64,000 bases of DNA, from assembly GCA_038087875.1 (NCBI GenBank), contig JAXLNO010000357.1:124001-188000 (forward strand). The letters are read 5' to 3'. The DNA is from Malacoraja senta. Lineage: Eukaryota. The position numbers and the translations under genes were made by a program. Under the pieces are notes generated by a model that worked only from the letters and a program-made list of their open reading frames with translations, ran no database searches and had not been told where the DNA came from. This document shows, piece after piece, positions 27,261-39,977 of the stretch (positions are counted from its first letter, which is position 1; the number at the start of each line of letters is the position of its first letter).

Positions 27261-28470
27261 GAAACCGGGCTCGGGCTCGCCCAACACAAGAGAGCCGGGC
27301 TCGGGCTCGGGCTCAGGCTCATCCCAAAAGCTCCTCAATGGCACAAGGCAACATCAGTGAAGAAGAGACAGCTTGTGGTGGAGGAGGTGAGAAGACGGGA
27401 GGAGGCAGAGCGACACGCCAAGGCCATCTCAATGGCCAAGCAGGGCCAATGGACTAACTGGGAGAGCCTGGAAAAGAGGAAACAGCTGGCAAAGGCAAAT
27501 GGAGGGATCTCGGCTAAATGTTGTCATCAGAGCCACTTATGATGTTCTACCATCATCCCAGAACCTGAAGCAGTGGTTCGGAGAAGACCCCGCTTGCTCC
27601 CTTTGCCAAGCACTTGCATCACTAAGGCACATTTTAACAGGATGCACTACGAGCCTCGCCCAAGGGCATTATACTTGACGGCATAACCAAGTTCTCAGAC
27701 AGCTGGCTTCAATCATGGAACAGAGGCGAACGACCACAAATGCTTCCCTGCAGACATTGGCAGGAAATGTCCACTTCACAATATTTGTACCAGCAGGCCA
27801 ACCTCCAGAGCACCAGGTAGCATCAAAGGATGCAAGGATTCTGCAGGCTGCTCGGGATTGGAAAATGGAAGTGGACTTAGAAAAAAAGCTGTATTTCCCC
27901 CAGACATTGTGGCTACAACACTCCGGCCAGACATGGTCCTGTGGTCCACAACAGCCAAGTTGGCATACGTTGCGGAATTGACAGTTCCATGGGAAGATGA
28001 TGTTGAAGAAGCTTATGAGAGGAAAAAGACCAAGTACTCTGAACTGGCAACTGAAGCTGCCCAGAATGGCTGGAAGACCAAGATTTTCCCTGTAGAAATG
28101 GGATGCAGGGGATTCGTTGCTACATTTATGACCAGTCTATTGAAGAAAATGGGGGTGAGGGGTCGCTCCCTCCAACAAGTCATTACCAAATTTAGCAGAA
28201 AAAAGCAGCAACTGGCTTTGGATTAACAATTGGGCTGCAAGATGAAGACAGGATGGTATGGGACTGAGGGAGGTGTCCCTGGGACACCAAGTATCACCGT
28301 TGAGCCCTCTGGAGACGTTGTGGGCTTATCAATGAAACATCAAAGAAGGATGGTGCCCAGCTGATGACTCCGATGGCGTACCTACCTTACCTTTCACCAC
28401 TCCAATCCCACTGCCTATATCAAGAGTGCCAAATTTCTACAGTGATTGAAACATCAAGTCCTATTAGCTC
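27261..28470 (+). mobile_element. HERO-like (R2-group, restriction-like endonuclease) non-LTR retrotransposon, 3' fragment
   Basis: AKAISMAKQGQW, a CCHC finger (CSLC...HILTGC) and RLE motifs LRPDMVLWS / ELTVPWE / KKTKY / PVEMGCRG; paralogous to 53669-55190. Confidence 0.88.
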
Positions 28471-29159
28471 TACTACCAAAATGCTTATCGGGATAAAATG
28501 TGGTACAAAAAACCTCGACTAGTTGTGGCGTAAATGTTTGCAGGGTATGTCGTAGCCCTTTTAGAAAGTCAAGTGGTGACAATTTTAGGAAGGTGAAGTG
28601 TTAAATTAGAATTCTAACATTTAAGATAAACTCTTGGGACCTGTGTAAAGATTGGATCGTAGTCAGTACTTCAGCTTGATGCTACCTGCCAGTCAACACG
28701 ATGGCTATATACAGATCTAACTAGATGGGTCCACTCTCTATGTTCTGCATCTTTCACAGTTCTCTTCAGAGGATAAATTACAACCTAATTATCATTAGAG
28801 TTCTGTCTTAATATTGAACAATTGTCATCCTTACTGACAGTGGTTTATTTTCATCTGGACAATGTAGACTGTCACACTCTCTACGTTTATCTGATGCTTC
28901 TGAAAGCAAGTTGCTTATTTTATTGTCCTTTCCCTTTCAGGTTTTCAGTGACAGCCAAGTGTCAATTACACACATACTGATGTCTCTGAGTATCAGTTAC
29001 ACAAAGAGCTCAGATAACGTGCTGAAAGCTGAAGGTTCTTTGAGCGATCAACACACTTTCATTATGCCCTTAGCAGTTGTGTTGATCAGCCATGTAATGG
29101 CAGCATCATGGTGAACATTTTATATATGAATATAATTTTCCACAGTTTCGCATCAGAAC

Positions 29160-29199
29160 ATGTATGTCTCTGCAGGTGTTTATATTTTGTTCATTTCTG
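29160..29199 (+). CDS. Coding exon 1 (signal-peptide-like) of an unnamed GCC2/GCC3 (Ephrin_rec_like) Cys-repeat protein
   Basis: ATG at 29160 reads MYVSAGVYILFIS-G, followed by a consensus G|GTAAGT donor at 29200. Phase 1 joins exon 2 to give the hydrophobic MYVSAGVYILFISGLVADSAVA. An upstream acceptor (ttttccacag, ending 29145) implies a non-coding exon further 5'. Confidence 0.7.
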
Positions 29200-29254
29200 G
29201 TAAGTACAATACTGAATATTATTCTTTTAATTAATATTGTTTATAATGTTTTAA

Positions 29255-29549
29255 GTTTAGTTTAGAAATACAGCGTGGAAACGGGCCCTTCAGCCCACCG
29301 AGTCCTCACCGACCAGCGATCCCCGCACACTAACACTATCCTACACACACTAGGGACAATTTACATTTATACCATCCCAATTAACCTACAAACCTGTACA
29401 TCTTTGGAGTGTGGGAGGAAACCAAAGATCTCAGAGAAAACCCACACAGGTCACGGGGAGAGCGTCCAGACTCCGTACAGACAGCACCCATAGTCAGGAT
29501 CGAACCCGTGCCTAAGGCAATAGCTCTACCGCCACGCCACCGTGTCACC
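29255..29549 (-). mobile_element. HE1-like tRNA-derived SINE
   Basis: The minus strand starts with an A-box-like (ggtggcgtggcggt) and a B-box (gggttcgatcc), has the tttcctcccacactccaaaga core, and ends in a (CTAAA)n tail. Confidence 0.8.
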
Positions 29550-29952
29550 TATTTTTATGTTATGAATTTCTTTCTTTGGCAGCTGCTTTATCTGTTCACC
29601 TTCAAAATGTTGTGAATTATTTTACGATCATTTTTCAAATTGATATTAAAAAATGTGATTACATCACTTTATCATGTCAGCTGTTTAAAAACATAATACT
29701 ATAAAAACTGTAAAAATATTTTGTAATACAATAAAATCATACTGTAACTGAATGATAGACCAGGCTTGAGGGGCCAATTGGCCTTTTTCAGCTGACGATT
29801 TGCTCCCTGAGAACACAATTATATGCTGTACATTATTCTGCGCTGTTGTTTGAAAGCCTGTAAAAGAAAGACTTGTAACTTCCTTAATATAATTTATCTG
29901 GAGGGAAATATAAATGCATGTTAACGTTAATTCTGTGACTTATTCTACGCAG

Positions 29953-30079
29953 GCCTGGTAGCAGATTCTGCTGTTGCTAATGATTGTGGTACTAAGTGCG
30001 ATGCAGATTGCCTGATCAACTGTACAAAAGGACGTTACTATATCCTTGGCAACTGTATTGAATGTCCAGCTGGTTTCCA
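29953..30079 (+). CDS. Coding exon 2 of Cys-repeat protein
   Basis: Acceptor ttattctacgcag| and donor |gtgagt. Translates (G)LVADSAVANDCGTKCDADCLINCTKGRYYILGNCIECPAGF(H); phase 1 to 2. Confidence 0.85.
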
Positions 30080-30668
30080 GTGAGTAATACAATGCGTCTT
30101 ATTTTGGTTTCTTAATTCAACAGGGGGCTTTTTTTACTTCAAATACGGGAATACTCAAGTGATATCTGACCAGCTATTGTCTTTAATTCCTGATCTGCAC
30201 TGTCGTTTAAGTTAATGCCGAAGGAATTCAGGAGAGGCACAAATGAGTGAGAGAACCTGGATCATCTATTTCACGCTATGACTTATAGTCAAAATAACCC
30301 CCAAAGGTGCAGAGTTCACTTTCTGCTCTGATCTAACATTGGCATGAAAATACATACTATTGGCGGATGTGGATATGCATTCTTACTGCTTGGTTTAAGT
30401 GCAGAGTCAAGTGCTTACGAAACACTGCGCCGATATATGTGTTCCTCTTACATTATTTCTCCAGGCAGCCAAGGATTACACTTGGGATAAAAGGTTGTCC
30501 TCATAAAGTCACATACTTCATGTCTACGTTCTACTTACTCTGTTTCTCCAGACAGCCACGGACTGCACTTGGTATAAAGGGTTGTCATCTCATAATTTCA
30601 ACACATGATCATTCCTATTTTCTCTTTCAACTAATGCCTGTAATATCTTAATAAGTTTCAAGGATGTC

Positions 30669-30912
30669 TAGTCAAGTCAAGTCAAATTTATTTATATAGC
30701 ACATTTAAAAAACAACTCTCGTTGGCCAAAGAATAGCATAACAAACAAACTACATACATATAGCCCTCGCTCAGAGGACGTCAAGAAAGGCTTGGGAGTA
30801 CAGATGAGTTTTTAGTCTCGACTTAAAGGAGTCGATGGAGGGGGCAGTTCTGATGGGAAGAGGGATGCTGTTCCACAGTCTAGGAGCTGCAACCGCAAAG
30901 GCGCGGTCGCCT
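30669..30912 (-). mobile_element. L2-clade LINE 3' fragment
   Basis: The minus strand encodes DRAFAVAAPRLWNSIPL and ends aataaa...(ttgac)n. Confidence 0.8.
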
Positions 30913-32681
30913 CTGTATTAAGTATTAATACAATGTTACATAAATACATTAATTGAAGATGAAATGTACAGAATAATGAATCTGGAAACAAGAAGCAAAC
31001 TTGTAATTAACGAATGAACACAAATCATTTAAAATAAAATGCTCTCCATTCAAAATACAGATGAGACAAGTTCCAGCCTTTGCACCACACTGAATTTATG
31101 CTACTGGAAGCACAAGCTCAGAACTTTCAGCTTTTCCCTAAAGGTTCAACCTATTGAATTTAAACAAGAAAATTAAGGAACAAAATAAACAAACGAACCT
31201 CTCGGGCTTTGTTCTTCAAGGTGACAAACCATGCGAGAATATTTAACTTGCTGGTTGTGGTGTAAATATGATTTGTTCTTAATCCACTGGGATTGGATTC
31301 ATGAGAAAACAAAGCTTTAAATGCAAATGAATTAGTTTATTAAACTCATTGAGAAGGCTGGAATGTCCATTTGTTTTAATGAAGTTGCTTTTTAATATTT
31401 TTTGCTGCCACACAAAGATAATTACAAACCCCCACTGGGGTGGTGATCGACTGTCCTCTGTTGGTGGTTTACTGACACAGTTGAGCATCTAATGAAATAA
31501 TTAACTCTGAGAATATGCTGTTTGTGTATAATCCATGGGGTTTAAATATCATGGGTTATGTGAAAGGTGAAAGACTATAGAGAAGGAAAACAACTTGATT
31601 GCCATCCAATGAATCACTCTGGAAAGTGCATATATGACTTGACGCTTGAGAATTTGGTTGGCCTGACTATGATCCCTCTGCTGTTGAATATAACGATACC
31701 ACTATGAGAAAGGGTCTCGAGCTGAAATGTCACCCATTCCTTCTCTCCAGGGATGCTGCCTGTCCCGCTGAGCACCCGCTATCTAAAGTTTAAACCAGCA
31801 TCTGCAGTTCCTTCCTACACAATAAACATTAATAATTGCTAGCTCCACACTTCTCTTCAAGGTTAAAACTCATGTGTGGCATAGGCTATAGTGAGACGTT
31901 ACATTCTTGGAAAAGAAACAAGTTTACAGTGAGTTTCCTGACCTTGTGATTTATCCAAGGTCTTCATAGTCAATGAAATATCTCTTGAGGTGTAATCATT
32001 ACTGTAACTTATTGTGTTAAAGCTGAAGAATGTTTCATTTGAAATTCTTCAGATAATGATTGTGGAAAAGACATACAGTATATCATTTTGGGTAGTGCAG
32101 GCACAGTGTGAGAAGAATTGTTGATGTTAAATGAGTATTAATAGTAAGATTAAATGAGAACTTACCTAAGTTTGAAGTTTGATCTTTATTTTATGAGGAG
32201 TTACGTTGGTGATTACGTGAAGAACCCCGCCAGTGCGCCTGCGCGTCAATCTTCAAAGCAGCGGTGTGAAATCACAAAAAACAACAAGCGAAGTAATATA
32301 GTATCATAATAAAACGAGTAATACAAGAACTTCCATCTGACCTTTATGATAGAGGGTTGGGTCGTGGTGGGCACGTAATCACCAACGTAACTCCTCATAA
32401 AATAAAGATCAAACTTCAAACTTAGGTAAGTTCTCGTTTAATCTTACTATTTTACTTCGGAGTCACGTGAGTGACTACGTGAAGATTTTAAAGCTTTGTG
32501 ATTTCATGCCGTAGATCAATCCCGGCTTCTCACTGCATTGATTGACTTGGAACGAGAATAATCAATCATGCATTCATAATAACATTTGTACCACAAATGC
32601 AGTAATTCATTTATTTTAATAATGAAATTAATCAGATCCCCTTTAAACCAGAGGAATTTACACAGAACTTAAAATAGTTTC

Positions 32682-33638
32682 TTAAAACAATCCCGCATTA
32701 ACAATAGGCCGATGGTAAAATTGTTGAAACATCAACTCATTGGACCACCCGGCGGCTGCGAGGATATGGTCGACGGGGACGTCTTTCGCCCTGGCCACCG
32801 ACGTTGCTGCTGCCCTAGTCGAGTGAGACGTAAAAACATCAATGTTAATACCAGCAGCTGTTAAGACTTCTTTTATCCATCTGGAAATAGTCTGTACTGA
32901 AACTCTCTTGTGTGGTTTCTTGTGTGTGATCAACAACCCAGTTTCCGTATCTCTCAAATTCTTTGTGACCTCAATGTATTGTACCAAATATGTCTTAACA
33001 CAGAGACAAGGATCCTTTGGATATGCAGCTAGCACAATTTTAAATCCTGTCACACCTGGCCTAATTTGCTTTATTAGGTCATAGATATAGAATGTAACCT
33101 TGTCTTCAGTTACTTCCATCATGTCTATTTGTAATTTTCCAAGTGTTTGCACTCGTTGTGCTGTCACTAATGCCATAAGCATGACTACTTTCATACTGAG
33201 CTTGGGCAAAGGTAAAGACACACTTGGTGACCATTCACGAAGTAGTTTCAGCACCACACTTACATCCCAGATTGTCATGTACCTAGGTTTCGGAGGTTTG
33301 GAATTAAAGATTCCTTTCATCAGTCTGGAAACAAGTGGGTGCGACCCAATTGGATTTATTTCTGAATCCAGAACCAAATATGAGGACAATGCACTTCTGG
33401 CTGAATTAATTGCACTATAACTCAAACCTTCATCATAATAAAGTTTTGACAGAAATTCTAAAACATTTGAAATATCTGCAGTACTATATTCCACATTCTT
33501 TTGTACACAGAACTCTTCCCATTTCTTAATATAAGAAAGGTACTGTTTTTGAGTGCTCTTCCTCCAGGCTGCCGTAAGCATGTCCACAGTACGCTCAACC
33601 AGTCCTCGCCCCAGAAAAGGCCTTCTTAAAACCTGCAA
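32682..33638 (-). CDS. DIRS tyrosine recombinase (uninterrupted 318-codon ORF)
   Basis: GLSYSAINSARSALS core-binding region; catalytic-type motifs AQR, HSTR, AGWS and FY. Confidence 0.9.
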   Translation of the reverse strand: MQVLRRPFLGRGLVERTVDMLTAAWRKSTQKQYLSYIKKWEEFCVQKNVEYSTADISNVLEFLSKLYYDEGLSYSAINSARSALSSYLVLDSEINPIGSHPLVSRLMKGIFNSKPPKPRYMTIWDVSVVLKLLREWSPSVSLPLPKLSMKVVMLMALVTAQRVQTLGKLQIDMMEVTEDKVTFYIYDLIKQIRPGVTGFKIVLAAYPKDPCLCVKTYLVQYIEVTKNLRDTETGLLITHKKPHKRVSVQTISRWIKEVLTAAGINIDVFTSHSTRAAATSVARAKDVPVDHILAAAGWSNELMFQQFYHRPIVNAGLF

Positions 33639-35520
33639 ATCAACAAATCCAAACGATCATATAATGGATGTTGTTCCCCTGTTACAGGGTGCAGCAATAG
33701 ATTACTTCTTTTTGGGACTCATCAACTTTTGTGTTGTTAATTCTAATATCAACAGATACCATGGCTGTGTAGGCCAATCTGGTACTACTAATACCCCTGA
33801 AGCAGCATCTTGCCTGATTTTAAGCAAACATCGGCTTATGAGGCAGAAAGGTGGAAATATATATGAAAACATACCACCCCAATGTAGCGAGAAAGCATCA
33901 ATCACCACTGCTCCTGGATCTGGTTCCCATGACACATATCTCAATAGCTGATGATTCAGTCTAGATGCGAACAAGTCGATGTCTGGCATTCCAAATCTGA
34001 TTACTATGTCCTTGAATACCTCTCGATTCAACATCCATTCTTTATTATCATGGAACTTTCGTAACCTGGTATCTGCTATCGTATTCATTCTACCTGGTAG
34101 ATGGATAGCTGAAATCCAAATGTTCTTTCCAATACACCAAGACCAAATTTGATTAGCCATTTTGTCACATGACACCGACTTGATTCCACCCATATGATTA
34201 ATATAGGCAACTGCTGTTGTGTTATAAATTTGAACTTGAACATGCATATTAGTTGTGTTAGAACAGTAAGCTTGGAGTCCATAGAAACATCCTAAAAGCT
34301 CCAAATAGTTAATTCCCCATGTCTGCAGTAAAAATGACTCTTCCTGATTCCATCTGCCTCCGCAGCTAGATGCTAAGTCAGTTGCACCCCATCCTAGTGC
34401 ACTGGCATCAGTTTGTAATATCATGGAAGGTTGTTCAATCAGCACTTTGCTGGAACTGCTTGAGACATGTAGAATCCACCACTGCAGATCAGAAACAGCA
34501 TTTGTTGTTAGTTGCATGGTTCTATCAAAATGACCAGCATGCATTCTCAGTGCCTGTTCTTTAACTCTCTGCAGCTGTTGATAATATAATGGTCCGTATT
34601 GGACAGCTGGGAATGCTGCTACTAATTTTCCCAGTACTCGAGCCACCTGTCTGATTGAGGGTTTTTGCTCGTTTAACAGATTACTGCAATCTTTAATCAA
34701 CTCCACCCTTTTTTCCCTGGGCAAAGTAATTTTCATTTGGACTGAATCAATTGTGAACCCCAAATAATCAATTGAGGTACACGGTGTTAACCTTGATTTC
34801 TTTGGATGAATTAGAAACCCCAAACTTTCAAAAGTTGATTTCACAACTGCAACAGATGCTTCTGTTGACTGTTTTGTCCTTCCTATAATCAAGACATCAT
34901 CCAAGTATGCCATTAGTACATGCCCCTGGCTTCTCAGCAACCCCAGAATTGGTTTTCACAATTTTGTGAATATTCTGGGAGCGGACGTTAACCCATTAGG
35001 CAGGGCTTTGAACTGCCATAACTGGTTCATCCATGTAAATTTAAGATACTTCTTATCTTCCGAGTGAACAGACACTGAATAATATGCATCTTTTAAATCT
35101 ATAGTTGCCATATAACATTCTTCTGAAATAAGTTGTTTGGCAGTCACAAATGTCTCCATTTTAAAATGTCTAAATTGAACAAAAGGATTCAGACTTGTCA
35201 AGTCTAGAATAATCCTACATCCTCCATCCTTTTTTGATCGAGGGAATACATTTGACACAAATTGGTGAATTTGGTAGACTGATTCTTCAATAACACCTTT
35301 TATATATAGGGTTTCAAGTACAGCTTGAACCTCCATCACTTCTTTTTGTGCAAAGTGGAGAGTTCTGCTAGGAACATGCTGGACAGGCAAATCATAATTT
35401 GGATTGAATTCAATTCGAAATCCTTGTATACTATTCAGAATTACCACATCTGAAGTAAACTTCTTCCAATTGTTATAGAAGAGATGTAATCTGCCTCCAA
35501 CTTTTAGACTTAATCCGGTT
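33626..35520 (-). pseudogene. DIRS pol (RT, RNase H, Dam-like methyltransferase), disrupted
   Basis: IDLKDAY, LPNGL, YLDD, TDAS, NYLE, DLFAS and FPPF motifs. In-frame TGA at 34956-34958 (FTKL*KPIL), RNase H DN motif reads YN, and a frameshift near 33715. Confidence 0.9.
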
Positions 35521-36727
35521 AGTATGTTCCCATGAGAACCAGGTCCACCTACCTCTTGAGTCATTTGAGTACCCTGAGATCCCTGGGTTCTCCCGGAAGC
35601 ACCCCCATTGGTTCTTGCTCCCGCTGCAGGCCACCAACTATGTCCCTGCATTGATGAGCGACTTGGTCCTGGTCCAGGATCCGTATGATGTCTGAAAGGA
35701 TACTTCCTCTTTACAGACTTTACAACCATTGATGTTTTCATCAATCCTGTTTTCGCTTCATCTTCCAACTCTTTAATACGTCTCCCGAGATCCTCTCCAA
35801 AGAGTAAGTTGGGTAATTGTATATTACTTGGTTTGCAGAGTGCTGCGAATTTCGGATTCATAGTAGGCCGTATAGCACCTTTCCTCAGACAATTGATCTC
35901 GAAGTGGGTGCTGCATAACAACCCCAGTGCTTCCTGATGCAACTCCGTCATCTCTTGGCTTTTATCCGCTATTCTGGCAAAAGCAGTTATTCCAGAACCC
36001 AGCAGCTTTAATATTCTCTGCAATTTTAATTCTTGAGTTCTCATAGTCATACTCAACTGATTCCAGATGATTTGATTCACTGCTGGTGCTTTCAGCAACA
36101 CACAGTTACTTGGGGTCTCATGCTTTCTTGCAGTCTCATCCATCTCCTGCTGTTCCAGCTGATGGGAAACGAAGTAATTTATTAGGGAGGCCAATTCTTC
36201 TCCTAATGGCTCTCCTGACCCTGACGGGGCAGCGAATCGTACTGCCAGTGGTGGAATATCTGCCAGCTGCCGTTCTTCACCTTGTACAGCCTCACCGTCA
36301 GAGTCGGGGTCTGAACTCTCATGGCCCATGGCACGCTCCTCATCCCTGAGGGTGCATTCCATCAGCCCTGTACCAGGAGCTGTTGAGCTGCTTCCAGCAG
36401 CTTGGATTTCAGTACACTCCTCCCTGAGTGTACTTTGCTCCAACAGCCTATGTACAAGGCTTTCCATTTGGCAATACGCTCAAAAGCAGTATCTAGCCCT
36501 GGAGCTACTTCCATTGCCTGGGACTCCTCCTCCGTGGGCCGTCTGGATTTAAACTTGGCCTTGTGCCCGACAGGCGCTGACTGTGTTTTCACCAGCCCCA
36601 GGTCCACAGTCGCTACGCTCACCGCTGGCGACTGTACCGGAGTTAGAGGCGGTTGGTCTCTAACCGCAGACTCCCGACTTTCTGTCGGCTGAGTCGCTCG
36701 CCTCTTCCCCCTGCCCGTTTTTTCCAT
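35520..36727 (-). pseudogene. DIRS gag-like ORF with a frameshift near 36470
   Basis: ORF 36362-36751 continues into ORF 34956-36467 in another frame; contains PSNC..LKAPAVN..IW and LLFGEDL motifs typical of DIRS ORF1. Confidence 0.75.
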
Positions 36728-37039
36728 GGCGTCTCTGGAAAAAATCCCCACAGACCCACAGTAAACGGACCTGGATATACTTGAAAAAAGTTTTACTTAC
36801 CTTGTAGTTGAAAAACTACAATTCCACGTCCGTTTGCGTCAAGGCGTCTGACGTAATGACGCGCAGGCGCACTGGCGGGGTTCTTCACATAGTCACTCAC
36901 GTGACTCCGAAGTAAAAATTCAGTAGCATGCATTAGTTAATGGATACACTAAAGTTATTTTATAAGGGACTTAGTTTATTTGATTCAGAAAATAAATTCC
37001 ACATGTCAAATGAGGATACCAATTTAAAGGGACTATGGA

Positions 37040-38055
37040 AAGTAGACAAAAAATGCTGGAGAAACTCAGCGGGTGAGAGAGCATCTATGGAGAAAAGGAG
37101 TAGGTGATGTTTCGGGTAAAGACCCTTCAGACTGATGTCGGGGGGGGGCGGGAATAAAAAGGAAGAGGCGGAGACAGTAGGCTATGTGGGAGAGCTGGGA
37201 AGGGGGAGGGGAAGGAGAGAGAAAGCAAGGACTACCTAAAATTAGAGGTCAATGTTCATACCACTGGGGTGTAAACTACCCAAGCGAAATATGAGGTGTT
37301 GTTCCTCCAATTTACGCTGGGCCTCACTCTGGCAATGGAGGAGGCCCAGGACAGAAAGGCCAGATTCAGAATTTGAGGGGGAGTTGAAGTGTTGGGCAAT
37401 CGGGAGATCAGGTTGGTTAGTACGGACTGAGCAGAGGTGTTGTGCGAAGCGGTCGCCGAGCCTACGCTTGGTCTCGCCGATGTAGAGAAGGTGACACCTA
37501 CGACAGCAGATGCAGTAGATGAGGTTTTAGGAGGTGCAGGTGAACCTCTGCCTCACCTGGAAAGACTGTTTGGGTCCTTGGATGGAGTGAAGGGGGGAGG
37601 TAAAGCGACAGGTGTAGCATTTCCTGCGGTTGCAGGGGAAAGTACCAGGGCAGGGGGTGGTCTGGGTGGGAAGGGACGAATTGACCAGGGAATTTACGGA
37701 GTGAACGGTCTCTACGGAAAGCGTAAAGGGGAAGAGATGGGAAGATGTGGCCAGTGGTAGAATCTCGCTGGAGGTGGCGAAAATGTCGGAGGATTATATT
37801 TTGTAGGCGCCGGCTGATGGGGTGGAAGGTGAAGACAAGGGGGACTCTGTCCTTGTTATGAGTAGGGGGATGGAGAGTAAAAGCGGAGTTGCGGGATATA
37901 GAGGAGACCTTGGTGAAAGCCTCATCTATAATAGAAGAGGGGAACCCACGTTTCCTAAAGAATGAGGACATCTCCGATGCCCTGGTCTGGAACACCTCAT
38001 CCTGGTTGCAGATGTGGCGTAGACAGAGGAATTGGAAGTAGGGGATGGAGTCCTT
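37040..38055 (-). mobile_element. Penelope-like element 3' fragment
   Basis: Colinear with 20100-21000; FFRKRGFP...DRVPLVFTFHP linker and GIY-YIG region. Confidence 0.9.
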
Positions 38056-38445
38056 AACTATGGGCTAGCTTTAGGGCTAAATTCAGATACAATTACTCCT
38101 TTTGTTCTTGCGTGCAGTTTCAGATGTTTTTTTCAACTGGAACTATGAAGATATGCTTACAGTTTTGCAAGGAAAGTAATGATATGTGTGCAAAAACAAA
38201 GATTAAAATCATATTAAATATTCTTTTTTTTTGTTATGTTTGATCATTATTCAGGGCACCCTCAGCAGGGGCTGTAAATAGATAAATTAGAGGATGTGAT
38301 ATATTGGATAAAGGCAAAATGGCCTTTTAGTTTTATCTGCTTTTCTGTTTTTTTAATGTAATATTTCAGTCCTCTTCATGATCAGCTCCCCCACTGATAT
38401 TACTGTTAAGATGATATTTGTCAATACCTTTTTTTTCCATTCTAG

Positions 38446-38533
38446 CTGCGCAGGTGGAACATCAAGTCCAAAGACATGTCATCCAGGCACTGCCAACTCA
38501 TTGGCTGGGAAAAGTGATATTGCAGACTGTAAG
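38446..38533 (+). CDS. Coding exon 3 of Cys-repeat protein
   Basis: Polypyrimidine tract + tctag| and AAG|gtaaat. Translates (H)CAGGTSSPKTCHPGTANSLAGKSDIADCK; phase 2 to 0, matching both neighbours. Confidence 0.85.
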
Positions 38534-39486
38534 GTAAATGTTTCTGTCACTTGATGGCAGAAATATTCAGATTCATTTTCTGTAAAACATTTCAGCAAGG
38601 TGGCTCATACTTTGTTGATACAGATTTAAAAACGATTCATGGTTAAAACTTCAATATGTTACATTGAATATCAGATAATGGTATTGCACAAAAGGCTGCA
38701 CTGCAGTATTAAAATGCACATAGAATATATTTTGTAAAAGAAGTCTAGGTTTTTTTGTGAATTAAACTAAATAATTCTCCTGACAATGTATTTTAATTGG
38801 GATTGACCAAGTTGTGTATATTTCAGTTGTACTTTGGCAACTGAAAATGTAAGCCTTCTATAATCATTATACCTATTCTGTGATCTTGTTCAAAAGAACT
38901 TTAAATGAAAAATTCATAAGTGTTAGCACATTTAAAAGCCAACTCTCAACCACCACTGTAGTAGAAATACAAATGAATGTCCTGATCACGCCACAGCAGT
39001 GAGAGTAGCTACACTGGAAACAGATTGTCCATCTGTTACCTGTTGAATCCCTCTTCCCCTCTGGCCAGAATGCCTGGATTTTATAGGGAGTAGGCTGACC
39101 AGGTTCAAGTGGCCAATTGGACCCAGCTATTACGAATAATGCTGAGGATTGGTTTCTCCTGGCTAGTCGGCCATTAATCAGAACGATATTCAAGGAAGAG
39201 GGCACGATCACACACTACACTTGTGATTCCCTCATCATTTTATGATTTCTTTATGTAGTGACTAAAATTTTCTTATTTACAGCAAACTGTTCAACTTTAA
39301 AAATTGACATCATTATATTTCACCAAAAGAATTGTAAAAAGAGCTTGGGTAAATAGCTGTGAAATACCAATGAGCAGTCCATTTCCATGGGACTTGCCCA
39401 CCAGCAGTCTGCTTGTAAACTTTGAAGACTTGTATTAATGAATCAAGAGCTGCATTGATATGTTTTTTGTGCTCCCTATTTCTTAG

Positions 39487-39675
39487 GCTTGCCCAGATGG
39501 TTACATCAGCACAGCTGCAAGTGTCACCTGCAGGCCATGCCCAACGGGATCGTCTTGTAACCCAAAGGAAGGAACGTCCACAACCTGTGGCCCAGGTCGC
39601 TGGTCTCCAGAAGGAGTGCTGAGCTGTCTTCCCTGCATGGAAGGACATATTTGTCCAGATGGGATCATCACACAG
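39487..39675 (+). CDS. Coding exon 4 of Cys-repeat protein
   Basis: tttcttag| ... CAG|gttggc. 189 nt, ACPDGYISTAASVTCRPCPTGSSC...CMEGHICPDGIITQ; phase 0 to 0. Confidence 0.88.
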
Positions 39676-39977
39676 GTTGGCAATTATGTCTTGTCAAAAT
39701 TTGACATCTGAACCACTGAGGGTGAAATGTGAGCTTTTGGTCACTACCATTGCTTCCAGAATTCTTTACTTCAATAGTTTATATTCCAAAATGTATTTCA
39801 AATTAATTTGAGTTCATAATGCTTGCATTACACTGATGTTTAAATTTTTTTTTTATAGTTGTGCTCAGGAGAGGAAGTTTATTCAAGTTTTGTCCAGTTC
39901 ATTGTCACCAATCCATTAACTGGCAATGATGAGGGGTGCACTGTTCCTCATGATGTATAGATTTCCAGTTCTGCAAT

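Larger units (their letters stand above)
32140..36917 (-). mobile_element. Full-length DIRS-type tyrosine-recombinase retrotransposon (gag, RT-RNaseH-methyltransferase, YR), mutated; in host intron 2
   Basis: Inverted terminal cores at 32217-32248 and 36857-36888. The ICR at 32372-32485 is complementary to both termini. T-rich junctions with no TSD, and the canonical DIRS ORF order. Confidence 0.95.

Noticed and set aside
26943..27542. 199-aa ORF with a hydrophobic N-terminus suggesting a membrane protein
   Set aside because: Chance read-through of AT-rich flank into the HERO fragment that starts near 27261; there is no splice or homology support for the N-terminal part.
29500..29549. tRNA gene calls at A/B-box-containing sequences
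   Set aside because: These are heads of tRNA-derived SINEs followed by SINE body and tail; no cloverleaf is evident.
32682..34100. Phage-integrase-like and Dam-methylase-like domains as bacterial/phage DNA or contamination
   Set aside because: Both are standard DIRS retrotransposon domains and lie inside the ITR/ICR-bounded element.
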